From IMG/VR virus record IMGVR_UViG_3300045988_126226, positions 131,035 through 192,808 of that record: DNA of 61,774 nucleotides; one strand, given 5' to 3'. Of the stretch, positions 31,441 to 40,356 are shown piece by piece. The notes beneath the pieces are model-generated. The model saw only the letters and a list, made by a program, of their open reading frames with translations. It ran no database searches and was not told where the DNA came from. A program made the translations under genes and the position numbers. This DNA is from a virus. Position 1 is the first letter of the stretch, and every line of letters starts with the position of its first letter.

Positions 31441-31521
31441 TCTTGACAAGCACTCTAAAATGTGGTATACTCAATATATCAAAAGGGTAGCGACCTACCG
31501 CCAAAGAAAGGAATTGATACT

Positions 31522-31899
31522 ATGTCTACTTCTACTGTTAAGAAGCTCACCAAGCGCGACCGTTTCGAGGCTCTGCTCAAACTGTCCGAAGTTCAGGCTG
31601 ACCCCGCCATGGTTGAGTTTATCAATCACGAGATTGACCTGTTGGCTCGCAAGAACGCGGGAGACAAGAAGCCCACGGCGAATCAGATTGCCAACGACGG
31701 CTACAAGGACATTATCTTTGCTGAGCTGTCCGCGAATCCCGACAAGCTGTATACCGTGACCGAACTCATCAAGAACGTGGACGGTCTGGGTGACCTCACC
31801 AATCAGCGCGTTTCCGCTCTTTTGCGTCAGATGATTGACGCGAACGGCGTCGAGAAGATTGTGGACAAGCGCAAGTCCTACTTCCGTCTCGCGCGCTGA
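31522..31899 (+). CDS. paralog family protein B (125 aa)
   Basis: promoter cttgacaa(31443)..tatact, SD aaaggaa, TGA, strong terminator 31903-31935. Confidence 0.6.
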   Translation: MSTSTVKKLTKRDRFEALLKLSEVQADPAMVEFINHEIDLLARKNAGDKKPTANQIANDGYKDIIFAELSANPDKLYTVTELIKNVDGLGDLTNQRVSALLRQMIDANGVEKIVDKRKSYFRLAR

Positions 31900-31999
31900 T
31901 TCAGGGGGAGCGCCTGAAAAAAATCAGGCGCTCCCAAAAATTTCTCTTGACATTTGCTGACGGCGGTGTTATAATCATACTTGAAAGGGGGCAAAAGAA

Positions 32000-32407
32000 A
32001 TGCCTAAAATGAGTGAAAAGGACTTTCAGGCAAAGATTGATAATCTAATGAAAAAATTAGATTGTACTGCCGAGGAAGCAAAAGAAATTCTCATGGACGA
32101 TGATGACATTGACCATGGAATCGCCAAGGACTTTGACCTGTCCGCGGAAAAGCTCAAAGAAGCTAACAAGTATTCTAAGACCGGAACACGCAAAGCGCCG
32201 ACCGCTTATAAATTCGAGAAGCGACAGCGCAAGGAAAACCCCACAAAACGCTCGATTATCGCTGAACTTGCGACTTTTTTGCGTGAAAACAGCGAAAATG
32301 CGTGCGAAAATGTGGAAATTACGAATGTGGAGCGCATGATTGCGTTCCATGTGGGCGAAAATGACTACGAATTGACCCTGATTCAGAAGCGAAAGCCCAA
32401 AAACTGA
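32000..32407 (+). CDS. hypothetical protein (135 aa)
   Basis: promoter ttgacat..tataat, SD aaaggggg, TGA, terminator 32412-32452. Confidence 0.55.
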   Translation: MPKMSEKDFQAKIDNLMKKLDCTAEEAKEILMDDDDIDHGIAKDFDLSAEKLKEANKYSKTGTRKAPTAYKFEKRQRKENPTKRSIIAELATFLRENSENACENVEITNVERMIAFHVGENDYELTLIQKRKPKN

Positions 32408-32525
32408 TGAAAAAGGGTGAAAAACCGCTGAAAAATGCGGTTTTTCACCCAAAAACAAGTCAAAAAATGCAAAAAAATAATGGTTGAAAGAACGATGGTA
32501 AACCTCAATCAATAGAGAGGATTTT

Positions 32526-32942
32526 GTGCGAATGGAAGAAATTACTATTAAGCTACGCCGATTTAAGGACGGCAGACCGCCCGTTTCAATGGAGTTTATG
32601 CCCGATTGTGGCGAGAATCTGAAAGACGTTCAAGCGGTTTATTTCTTCAAGTTTTACAACAACAACAAACTTGAATTTAACAAGGTAGGCACTTCCGCAA
32701 AAGACGTTGTAGGGCGCTTACGTGATGAAATCGGCGAATACTCGAAAAAGTATTCTATCACTCGCGTTGAGATTCACCGAATCCGTTCTTGTGGGGACTA
32801 TCCCGCCGAGGGTGCGGAATCGGCATTGCGTGCGGAACTGATTAGACGCTACCCCAAAGCGTTTAGAAAGAATGACCGCTTTTTCAATGTGGACATTAAC
32901 CCCACGGTTTTCGATGAAATTGTAAACGCATTTCTTGCATAA
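32526..32942 (+). CDS. hypothetical protein (136-138 aa; GTG 32526 or ATG 32532)
   Basis: SD agagagga; preceded by conserved leader stem-loop; TAA; terminator 32950-32985. Confidence 0.5.
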   Translation: MRMEEITIKLRRFKDGRPPVSMEFMPDCGENLKDVQAVYFFKFYNNNKLEFNKVGTSAKDVVGRLRDEIGEYSKKYSITRVEIHRIRSCGDYPAEGAESALRAELIRRYPKAFRKNDRFFNVDINPTVFDEIVNAFLA

Positions 32943-32949
32943 ATATTCA

Positions 32950-33062
32950 ATCAGCAGGTTGACTAAAACCTGCTGATTTTTTTTGTGTATTTTGCCTATT
33001 GACACCGATCGGAAAATGTGGTATAATGGCCGGGCCGGGGTGGGACGTCCCGGCCCGATTTC
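32950..33062 (+). promoter_or_regulatory. regulatory cassette G: terminator; P1 ttgaca(32998)-tggtataat; GC hairpin 33028-33057; followed by ~270 bp non-coding with CCATATG inverted repeat
   Basis: read directly. Confidence 0.5.
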
Positions 33063-33336
33063 CCGATCGGTATACCCATATGCAAAATTTCTCATACTTC
33101 TAGCACCTCTCCATATGGCCCAAAAAAATCCCGAAAATTGACTTTTTATAAAAAATATGTTATAATGATAAAAAAAGACTTTTTTAAGCCCGCGTAGGAT
33201 CATATGCCTTTATAATTAATTAAAAATTGCTTCGCCCTTACATTGTTTCACGCGTATGTTTTCGTCCAAAAAAATCTTGACATTTTTAAAAAAAAAGTAT
33301 ATAATATATATAGAAAATAAGAAAAGAGGTATTCAT

Positions 33337-33714
33337 ATGGATATGAATGATATTATTGCTCGTCTAAAAAATGGTGAGGACGCTCAGGCTATTGCGGACG
33401 AAATGGCTAAGTCTCTGAATGATGCGGTTAAGCAAGTGGAGAAGGAAACTAAGCAGGCCGATCGGAAGACCGCGCTCGCGCAGGAAATCGCTGATCGGAT
33501 TAACGAGTATGCCGCTCTTAATGGCTGCAAGGATTCCGCGTTGACCGCGTCTGATGTGGAGAATATCTTTGCTGAGGTTTACGGTCTTATGACCGGGGTT
33601 ACCGATCTTCTTGACGCGCTTTTTCCCAAGAGTGAGAAGGTAAAGGTTAAGAAGGTCAAGAGAACTGATGATGATGTAATTGCCGAATTTTTGAATACTT
33701 TCATCAATAAGTGA
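33337..33714 (+). CDS. hypothetical helical protein (125 aa), first gene behind middle-type promoter
   Basis: promoter cttgacattttt..tatataat, SD aagaggt, TGA, terminator agagagac..gtctctc-T8. Confidence 0.55.
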   Translation: MDMNDIIARLKNGEDAQAIADEMAKSLNDAVKQVEKETKQADRKTALAQEIADRINEYAALNGCKDSALTASDVENIFAEVYGLMTGVTDLLDALFPKSEKVKVKKVKRTDDDVIAEFLNTFINK

Positions 33715-34011
33715 ACAATGTGTAGGGTGAGATATTTTTCATCCTAAGAATCGACAATTTCACCAAGAATTGCCTAATATGAAAAAAGAGAGACTGAAAA
33801 AAGTCTCTCTTTTTTTTAGGTCCGGAGATCGGAGACGGGAAAATGTGGTTGGTGGTTTAGTTAAACCGATCGACACCACATTTCCGCAATTTCCGCAATT
33901 TCTACGATTTCTACGATTTTTATCATCTTTTATTACTCTACATCTTCCAATTCCGAACCATCCATTAATTTAATCACTATCCAAAAGCGAATCAACCAAT
34001 ATAGGTCTATT

Positions 34012-34086
34012 AACGATCTCTTCCAGCGTTCCATAGGCAATATCCAATAGCAACACCAAGTAAAAAACAAATAACACCAGCCATAA
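34012..34086 (-). CDS. small hydrophobic peptide (24 aa)
   Basis: SD gaggaggg 7 nt upstream, coupled to previous stop. Confidence 0.35.
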
Positions 34087-34094
34087 TACCCTCC

Positions 34095-34490
34095 TCAATG
34101 AGAACACGTAGTGTTCGAATCTGTTAAAAGCTCTTCCAACTTTGTTTTAAATGCGCTATCAAGAATGTCATCAGCAAGCGTTCTCTTGCTAAGATCCACA
34201 TCATCAGATCCAGGAGCAACAGAATTAACAACCTGCGGTTTCTCCTCAATGACAGGCTTCACATAGCTATATTCATTCTCGATATATTCTACCCTACCTT
34301 GCTCAGTAATTCGACCAAGAACCTTACCATGAAAAACTAACTTATTACAGTCGTCCCAAATAAGATATGCGCCTCGCGTATCCTCCCTATTAAAGAACTC
34401 TTTCTTAGTAGTAGCAATTACATTCCAATTGCGGAAGACGCCTACCTTTTCTCCATTATTTTTCTTTAATTCTTCAATCGTAAATTTCAT
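34095..34490 (-). CDS. hypothetical protein (131 aa)
   Basis: ATG 34490 with SD aaaagga; TGA stop; structured GC-rich 5' leader. Confidence 0.5.
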   Translation of the reverse strand: MKFTIEELKKNNGEKVGVFRNWNVIATTKKEFFNREDTRGAYLIWDDCNKLVFHGKVLGRITEQGRVEYIENEYSYVKPVIEEKPQVVNSVAPGSDDVDLSKRTLADDILDSAFKTKLEELLTDSNTTCSH

Positions 34491-34669
34491 TTCATTTTTC
34501 CTTTTCAAATTTCGCGTTCGCCACGCCGGCAGGCGACTCGGATCTACGATCCTCCCTGCCTACGGGGTATTATTTTTCATTTCATTTTTTCTTTTATTAT
34601 ATATATTATAATATATTATTTATTATAAATCAAATAATACCCCTATAAACGAGGGCATTTATACCCTTA

Positions 34670-34945
34670 TCAACGAGGATACGTAGTATCCGAGTTAATT
34701 GACTCTTGTAAGAATGGATTTTCTTCTATTGATTCAGGTCTATCTTCCCTATCAACGAGGGCACTTGTGCCCGAAGTCTTATCTGGAATAACAAAATAAA
34801 TAGTATCATCTTTTAAATATAAATCAGGCTTTACCATATTTGTTTTATCCATCTTATCAAACTATTCTTGCGTTCCTCTCATAAATTTTACTATCGAAGG
34901 ATTGCCTTTTCCTCCTCTTATTACATCTTCATAACTATAACTCAT
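34670..34945 (-). CDS. hypothetical protein (91 aa, 1 TAG)
   Basis: ATG 34945 with SD ggagtaaaat; TGA stop. Confidence 0.4.
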
Positions 34946-35095
34946 ATTTTACTCCTTTTACTCTCAAAAAACACCCCAGTATATATTTATAAAACGAAGG
35001 GCGTAGCCCGGAGTTTTATAAATATATACATTTCTATTTCTATTTATAAAGGATACTAAAATTTTAACAACTGGCGTCTAAATTTTTAACATTTC

Positions 35096-35752
35096 ATTTA
35101 GAGGGGTTGTGCAATAAATTTAACAAACTAAATGAAATATTTACTCTATTACATTTGTTAACCAATCAAGTCTATAAATAGTTTTTACATTCTCAAATGA
35201 ATCATTCTCTTGCTAAAAAGTAGATAATGAATATTTAATTAAACCAATTTTTCCTAATACATATAAAATATTTATAATTATATCATTATTACTTCTTGTA
35301 GTAGTGCAAATACCAATATGAGCTTTAATACTATCTAAAGTAAACTGATAGGGTTTACATCCTTGTCTATAATATTCATTCAATAAATAAACATAAGCTG
35401 AAATACAATTTTCACTTAAAGTGTCAGTAAGTAATTTTAAAGTATTATAAGGAATCAATGAAGCGTAATCTTTATCTAATTTAATTAAAGAATAAGTATT
35501 TTTATCTACTTCAATAATTAATCCTAATTCTTTTAAATTCTTAAATTTAGTAGAAATAGTCTAACGAGTTAATCCAAATTTTTCACCTAATTTGCTAAAA
35601 TTAATATCTTTCTTATAAAATAATCTTTCACCAGTCATTTCATTAAGAACAGACACCTATTGTAAATAAGCATAAAGGATATCATAATATTTTTTATTAG
35701 AACAAATATCTATAGTTTTTGGAACCTATCTTGAATTCTTCTATATATCCAT
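35096..35752 (-). CDS. winged-helix/HTH DNA-binding protein, candidate iteron-binding replication initiator (218 aa, 5 TAG)
   Basis: HTH segment LGEKFGLTR-Q-TISTKFKNLKELGLI; ORF 35213..35458 extended both ways through TAG; adjacent to iteron array. Confidence 0.45.
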
Positions 35753-35814
35753 TTTATACCTCCTTTCTCATATATACATCAAATATCTTGTTAACTCATT
35801 AACAACATTCGTCC

Positions 35815-35965
35815 AATAAATAGATGTCTAATTTTTTAACAAAATATATAGGTGTCTAAAATTTTAACAAAATTTTTTAACATTCATATAGATGTCTAAA
35901 ATTTTAACACTTTTAATATTTTTATATAGGTGTCTAAAATTTTAACAAAAATTTTTAACACTTTT
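35815..35965. repeat. iteron array: 4 direct repeats of RRRTGTCTAAAATTTTAACA (plus a fifth copy at 35065-35082)
   Basis: repeats read directly at 35822, 35852, 35891, 35929; intergenic between divergent gene blocks. Confidence 0.7.
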
Positions 35966-36247
35966 TCTTACATTGTATTACGCGGTTTCCCTTGCCCTAA
36001 TCCGCCTCTATACTTGCTATCCGATCTCTTCATCAAAAATTTTTGACCAGAAATATAGAAAAAAAACGGACAAAAATATAGAAAATTTTGACCATTTTCA
36101 TTTAAAATGACCATTTTTGGTAAGCCGATCATTGAACCCAGTCTTTATGCTACCTTGAAGCGACAAAACCGCTTTATTGATTTTTATTAAATTTTAATAT
36201 ATAATATAAATATAAAATAAAGAAAAACTATTGAAAGGTGATAAATA

Positions 36248-36586
36248 ATGTCTGTTGATTTTGGTTCTAAGCTCGTATGCGGTTATAAAGTCCCCAAGAA
36301 CCTTCTTGAAAAATATGATAATATGACTGAGGCTATTGAACAGCTTACCGAGGAAGGTTATTGGCATCGCGCAAGCTACTATGACAACGATGAGAATCCT
36401 ATCTTCGGCTATCTTCTCGGTGAGTCTTCCGCAGGCGAGGCCGTCCGCATCGACAATATCTTCATCGCTCCGCAGGAGTATTATCGCCTTAATGATACGA
36501 TGAAAGAAGCTTACGCAAAGTTTCTTAAAATCCCCATCGAAAGCCTTGACGATCCCGAGATTTTTCTAATCTCTACAATCTCTTAA
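36248..36586 (+). CDS. hypothetical protein (112 aa)
   Basis: middle-type promoter upstream; SD gaaaggtg. Confidence 0.55.
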   Translation: MSVDFGSKLVCGYKVPKNLLEKYDNMTEAIEQLTEEGYWHRASYYDNDENPIFGYLLGESSAGEAVRIDNIFIAPQEYYRLNDTMKEAYAKFLKIPIESLDDPEIFLISTIS

Positions 36587-36602
36587 AGAAAGGAGAATAA
36601 AT

Positions 36603-36857
36603 ATGAAACAGTATCCCGTTTATTATGAAGCGCGCTATTGGGACGACTCTGACAAAATAGATAGATTTACGTGCGGTTTTATCTTCGCAGAAACCCTCGC
36701 AGAAGCCGGCCATTGGGCAGAAGAATATTTCGACGATCTTATTACTGTCGCATTTACCCCTCTTAATGATGGCCCTTTGCGCGTTAATCGCGAACTCGCC
36801 AATAAGATTCTAAAATTTGACAGCGAAGATGAACCCTATTCTGCTAAAACGCTATGA
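36603..36857 (+). CDS. hypothetical protein (84 aa)
   Basis: SD aaaggag; ATGA coupling downstream. Confidence 0.55.
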   Translation: MKQYPVYYEARYWDDSDKIDRFTCGFIFAETLAEAGHWAEEYFDDLITVAFTPLNDGPLRVNRELANKILKFDSEDEPYSAKTL

Positions 36858-37303
36858 TGACTTTTTATTGTAATAACTGCGGTTATTACCGGCCAACGAC
36901 CGGATTATGTCAAATCACAGGCAATACAATTGACCCAAATCATGCGATCTGCGATAATTTTCTTTGCGGTGAATATTACACTTGTAAAGCATGTCATACT
37001 CCAATTTTCCATAAGCAAATGATCATCGACGATCAAGGCAACACTTACTGCGATAAATGTTGGGCAAAACTTAGCACATGCGCAAATTGTGAACAAAATG
37101 TGAACTGCGCGTTTAATGATTCTCCCGACACGCCGAAAATGATCCAAAAGCGAGAAATCGTTGGAAATATGCAAACCGTTATGAATGTCCGTAATCCCGA
37201 CATTGTCCGAGACACATGCCAAAATGGTTGTTCTTGTTTCAGCGAAGAAAATGGCTGTATGAGAGATTTCAATTGTTGCAATAAACTTAAACCTATTCTT
37301 TAA
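36854..37303 (+). CDS. Cys-rich multi-zinc-finger protein (149 aa)
   Basis: at least 5 CxxC pairs. Confidence 0.55.
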   Translation: MMTFYCNNCGYYRPTTGLCQITGNTIDPNHAICDNFLCGEYYTCKACHTPIFHKQMIIDDQGNTYCDKCWAKLSTCANCEQNVNCAFNDSPDTPKMIQKREIVGNMQTVMNVRNPDIVRDTCQNGCSCFSEENGCMRDFNCCNKLKPIL

Positions 37304-37317
37304 AGGAGTTTTTAAAT

Positions 37318-37917
37318 ATGCTTATCTTCTTCTTGAAAACGCTCGTGGGCGGATTTGTTCTACCGACCTTAATTATTTTTCTGATTTTCGCCATTCATTC
37401 TGCATATTGTAGCTATGGATATTACAGCACTCTTTCCGATCCTAAGGCCAAGCGCTTCCGCAATTGGTCTCATCGCGACCGCGTTGACATTCCTCGTCAA
37501 ATTATTCCTGCCTTTTGGATCGGTGTTTGTTGGTATCTTGCTATTGGAATGTTCGGTGGAGTTATGATGTCTTCTATTAAGGAAGATTATGCCGACTATG
37601 ATTATACGATTGCGGAAGCCCAAGAGTTAACAAGTATGGATGACGATGGCTGTATCTATACTTACCGCGCGTTCGAGGGTGAAAGTGTTTACTATACTTA
37701 TCTTACGCTTAGCGCTGATGGCATTACAAGCACTAAGAATTATCCGGCAAATGACACGGTAGTTGTTTACTCTAATCAGATTCCGCACGTTGAGAAGCGA
37801 CTCCCGCGCTATGGCGATTGGAGAGAGTGGTTCTTCATTTGTTCTAAGTCAACGCGCACTTATCTCTATATTCCAGAAGGAACAGATGTAGCGAAAGATT
37901 ATATTGTGGAGAAGTAA
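37318..37917 (+). CDS. membrane protein (199 aa)
   Basis: SD aaaggag; N-terminal TM helices. Confidence 0.55.
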   Translation: MLIFFLKTLVGGFVLPTLIIFLIFAIHSAYCSYGYYSTLSDPKAKRFRNWSHRDRVDIPRQIIPAFWIGVCWYLAIGMFGGVMMSSIKEDYADYDYTIAEAQELTSMDDDGCIYTYRAFEGESVYYTYLTLSADGITSTKNYPANDTVVVYSNQIPHVEKRLPRYGDWREWFFICSKSTRTYLYIPEGTDVAKDYIVEK

Positions 37918-37918
37918 A

Positions 37919-38188
37919 ATGAATAAAGGTGAATTGATTTATTTAAAAATGTCTAACGGCGACCGCGTTTTTCTTAACGCAAATGAGATTGTCGTGGTTT
38001 TGGCTAACCGCATTACTATGGATAACTCAGATGACGATGATATCTCCACCGAGACTTCTGGAACAAAGCTTGAATTTTGTCTAAAAGATAAATCTCGCTA
38101 TGAATACACTTTTACCGATAGAGATCCCGATGGTATGGCAGTTATAAAACAGCTCAAAAAGTTTGTGTCTGAGGAGGCATTTGTATGA
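37919..38188 (+). CDS. hypothetical protein (89 aa)
   Basis: SD ggagaag; ATGA overlap with next. Confidence 0.5.
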   Translation: MNKGELIYLKMSNGDRVFLNANEIVVVLANRITMDNSDDDDISTETSGTKLEFCLKDKSRYEYTFTDRDPDGMAVIKQLKKFVSEEAFV

Positions 38189-38430
38189 TTGTAATTTTAC
38201 ACAACTTCCGCGGTTCTAAGTATCTTATTAATACTAACAATATTAATGTCGTTGAAATTCGACCCGTGAATTCTGAAACTTACGCAAAGGAAATTGCGGA
38301 AGCGGGCGGTGGTCCGCTCTCATTTATCTACATTGACTGGCAATTCAATGCTTCAACACGCATTCTTGTATCTTCTGAGACTGCCGAAGAGTTTCTCAAT
38401 CTTTTTGAAGACGCAATTGAAATCTTTTAA
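38185..38430 (+). CDS. hypothetical protein (81 aa)
   Basis: coupled ORF. Confidence 0.5.
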   Translation: MIVILHNFRGSKYLINTNNINVVEIRPVNSETYAKEIAEAGGGPLSFIYIDWQFNASTRILVSSETAEEFLNLFEDAIEIF

Positions 38431-38488
38431 TTTCTAAATATATTATAACAAAAATTTTGGGTAAAATCAATTAATGGAGGAATAATAT

Positions 38489-38704
38489 ATGAATCATATG
38501 CCTGTCGTATTCGTTTATGACGCGCCTTGTGATGAGATTTATTGCGCTACAAACGTAAGTGAGTCTGATGCTCTCGAAATCGCTATGTCCGCGATCGAAG
38601 AGAATGTTGAGAAACGATTCCACTGTCGTAAATTTGATACAAGACTTTACAAAGATGCATTGGAAAACATGATTATTTATTATAATTATGCTCCCGTTCT
38701 CTAA
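38489..38704 (+). CDS. hypothetical protein (71 aa)
   Basis: SD ggagg; terminator follows. Confidence 0.5.
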   Translation: MNHMPVVFVYDAPCDEIYCATNVSESDALEIAMSAIEENVEKRFHCRKFDTRLYKDALENMIIYYNYAPVL

Positions 38705-38801
38705 TCTTTAAAGGATTTGCGCAAACCGCAAATCCTTTTTTGATTTTTTATAAAAAATAATATATAATATATATATAAAGTAAAGAAAGGAAATAAAAAT
38801 T

Positions 38802-39122
38802 ATGATTACTTCTAATTCTAATATTAAAATTCATTCCATTGGTATTCTTTGTGATACGGCCGGAGACCATAATTTCTATTTCCTGAATGCGTCCGAAGCC
38901 GATATGCAGGAAATGTTTATGGAATATTGTCGAGATATGGTCGATGATAGCCTTATGGAGCATCAGTTCGAAGCAATTCAGAAAGATTCTGATTATGATT
39001 GGTATCTCTACCACGGCGAGATGACCGGCGATTGGACGAAAAGATTCTCTTCTTATCTCGATATGATGAATAACGTCGCCGATGATGTTTTCATTGATTT
39101 CGTTGATGCGATTGAAATGTAA
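38802..39122 (+). CDS. acidic hypothetical protein (106 aa)
   Basis: middle-type promoter; SD aaaggaaa. Confidence 0.55.
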   Translation: MITSNSNIKIHSIGILCDTAGDHNFYFLNASEADMQEMFMEYCRDMVDDSLMEHQFEAIQKDSDYDWYLYHGEMTGDWTKRFSSYLDMMNNVADDVFIDFVDAIEM

Positions 39123-39133
39123 GGAGAATAATT

Positions 39134-39409
39134 ATGAAAGAAATTACTTGTTATAAAATTGAAGATGAAATGACTGGTAAGTCTTGGACATTCGCCAACA
39201 TTTCTGAGGCAGAAGCGCAAGAACTTTACCTCGCTTTCCTTGAAGGTGCGATCGAAGAAGACATTATGGAAACTCAACGAATTGAGTATTACGATCTTCC
39301 TCTTCCTGCTCCTGATTGGTGGAAAATCGATCATCGAGAAGAGATTGATAGACTTCTTCTTATGGATGGCGAGTTCTATATGTATAAATTTAATGCTTAC
39401 GCATTTTAA
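39134..39409 (+). CDS. hypothetical protein (91 aa)
   Basis: SD aaggag. Confidence 0.55.
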   Translation: MKEITCYKIEDEMTGKSWTFANISEAEAQELYLAFLEGAIEEDIMETQRIEYYDLPLPAPDWWKIDHREEIDRLLLMDGEFYMYKFNAYAF

Positions 39410-39419
39410 GGAGGACTAA

Positions 39420-40157
39420 ATGATTCCTGGACTTTATGAAATCTTTAATACGCGCTGGGGTGGTCAGACGGTCTGGGTATCCTCTGATTGGCATTTTGGC
39501 GATTCGGATCTGCGGAACGGCCACCCCGACCGCATTTCTGATGATGACCTTGTAAAATTGCTGAATAGCAAAGCCGGTCGGAAAGATGTGCTTCTTTGTT
39601 TGGGTGACGCAGGTGCGATCTCCTATGTGCGGAAACTGCGTGCCGGTTATAAGGTTCTTATCAAGGGCAACCATGATGCGGGATCTGAAAACTATAAGCG
39701 CAAAATCATTAAGAAAAAGTTCCCTATGGATCAGTATCAAAAAGACGAAGCGCTTATGGAAATGAAACGTCTTTATCCTGATTGTAAATATTCTATTGAC
39801 TCGGGATATGATTTCCATTCTCCTTTTGAATATTGGGAGATTTCCGCGGATAACGGTCTTTTTGACGAAGTATATGATGGCGCGCTCCTTATTGGTGAGA
39901 AACTTATGCTTTCTCACGAACCGATTAAGCAGGACTGGGCTCTCGATCTTCACGGCCACGACCACAATCATAAAGAGACGGACATCTATCACAAGAATGT
40001 TTGCGTGGATGTATTTGGCCCCGCCCCTTTGAACTTAAATCAGTTCATGAAAAATGGTCCGACTGCGAAGATCGAGAGCGTCCACAGGCAAGTGATTAAC
40101 AAAGCCACGATCAAAGCCCGGAAACGCGGATACAAATTGTCCGGACAAAAATATTGA
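39420..40157 (+). CDS. calcineurin-like metallophosphoesterase (245 aa)
   Basis: motifs SDWHFGD, CLGDAG, GNHD, HGHDH in canonical order. Confidence 0.65.
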   Translation: MIPGLYEIFNTRWGGQTVWVSSDWHFGDSDLRNGHPDRISDDDLVKLLNSKAGRKDVLLCLGDAGAISYVRKLRAGYKVLIKGNHDAGSENYKRKIIKKKFPMDQYQKDEALMEMKRLYPDCKYSIDSGYDFHSPFEYWEISADNGLFDEVYDGALLIGEKLMLSHEPIKQDWALDLHGHDHNHKETDIYHKNVCVDVFGPAPLNLNQFMKNGPTAKIESVHRQVINKATIKARKRGYKLSGQKY

Positions 40158-40197
40158 ATAATCCCATCTTTGTTTTCATATTTATTGAGGTGATTAT

Positions 40198-40356
40198 ATG
40201 AAAACTAAAAATAGTAGAATTGAAATTAGATTGCCTGAATAGATTAAAAATCAATTTCAGCTTTTAGCGAATAAAAAAAATACTACTATGAGCGCTATCT
40301 TATTAGAATACATTTTATTTTTACTAAGAAAAGAAGGTAATGAAAATGGGATATAA
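40198..40356 (+). CDS. ribbon-helix-helix (Arc/CopG-like) DNA-binding protein (52 aa, 1 TAG)
   Basis: SD gaggtg; beta-strand RIEIRLPE-Q-IKNQFQ followed by helices; overlaps start of endonuclease gene. Confidence 0.45.

Noticed and set aside
21861-32512. Long minus-strand ORFs in the early block (21861..22217, 22348..22950, 23189..23626, 23833..24489, 25412..25927, 26996..27703, 28839..29345, 29507..30223, 32057..32512)
   Set aside because: All are antisense to SD-preceded plus-strand genes and span promoter/terminator cassettes. They lack RBS and are not separated by their own signals.
20160-33062. Repeated cassettes as a MITE-like mobile element family
   Set aside because: Copies are fixed in position and orientation relative to gene starts and include functional promoter boxes. 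Hairpins show compensatory rather than identical sequence. No target-site duplications are seen. They are more consistent with a duplicated regulatory module, though mobility cannot be fully excluded.
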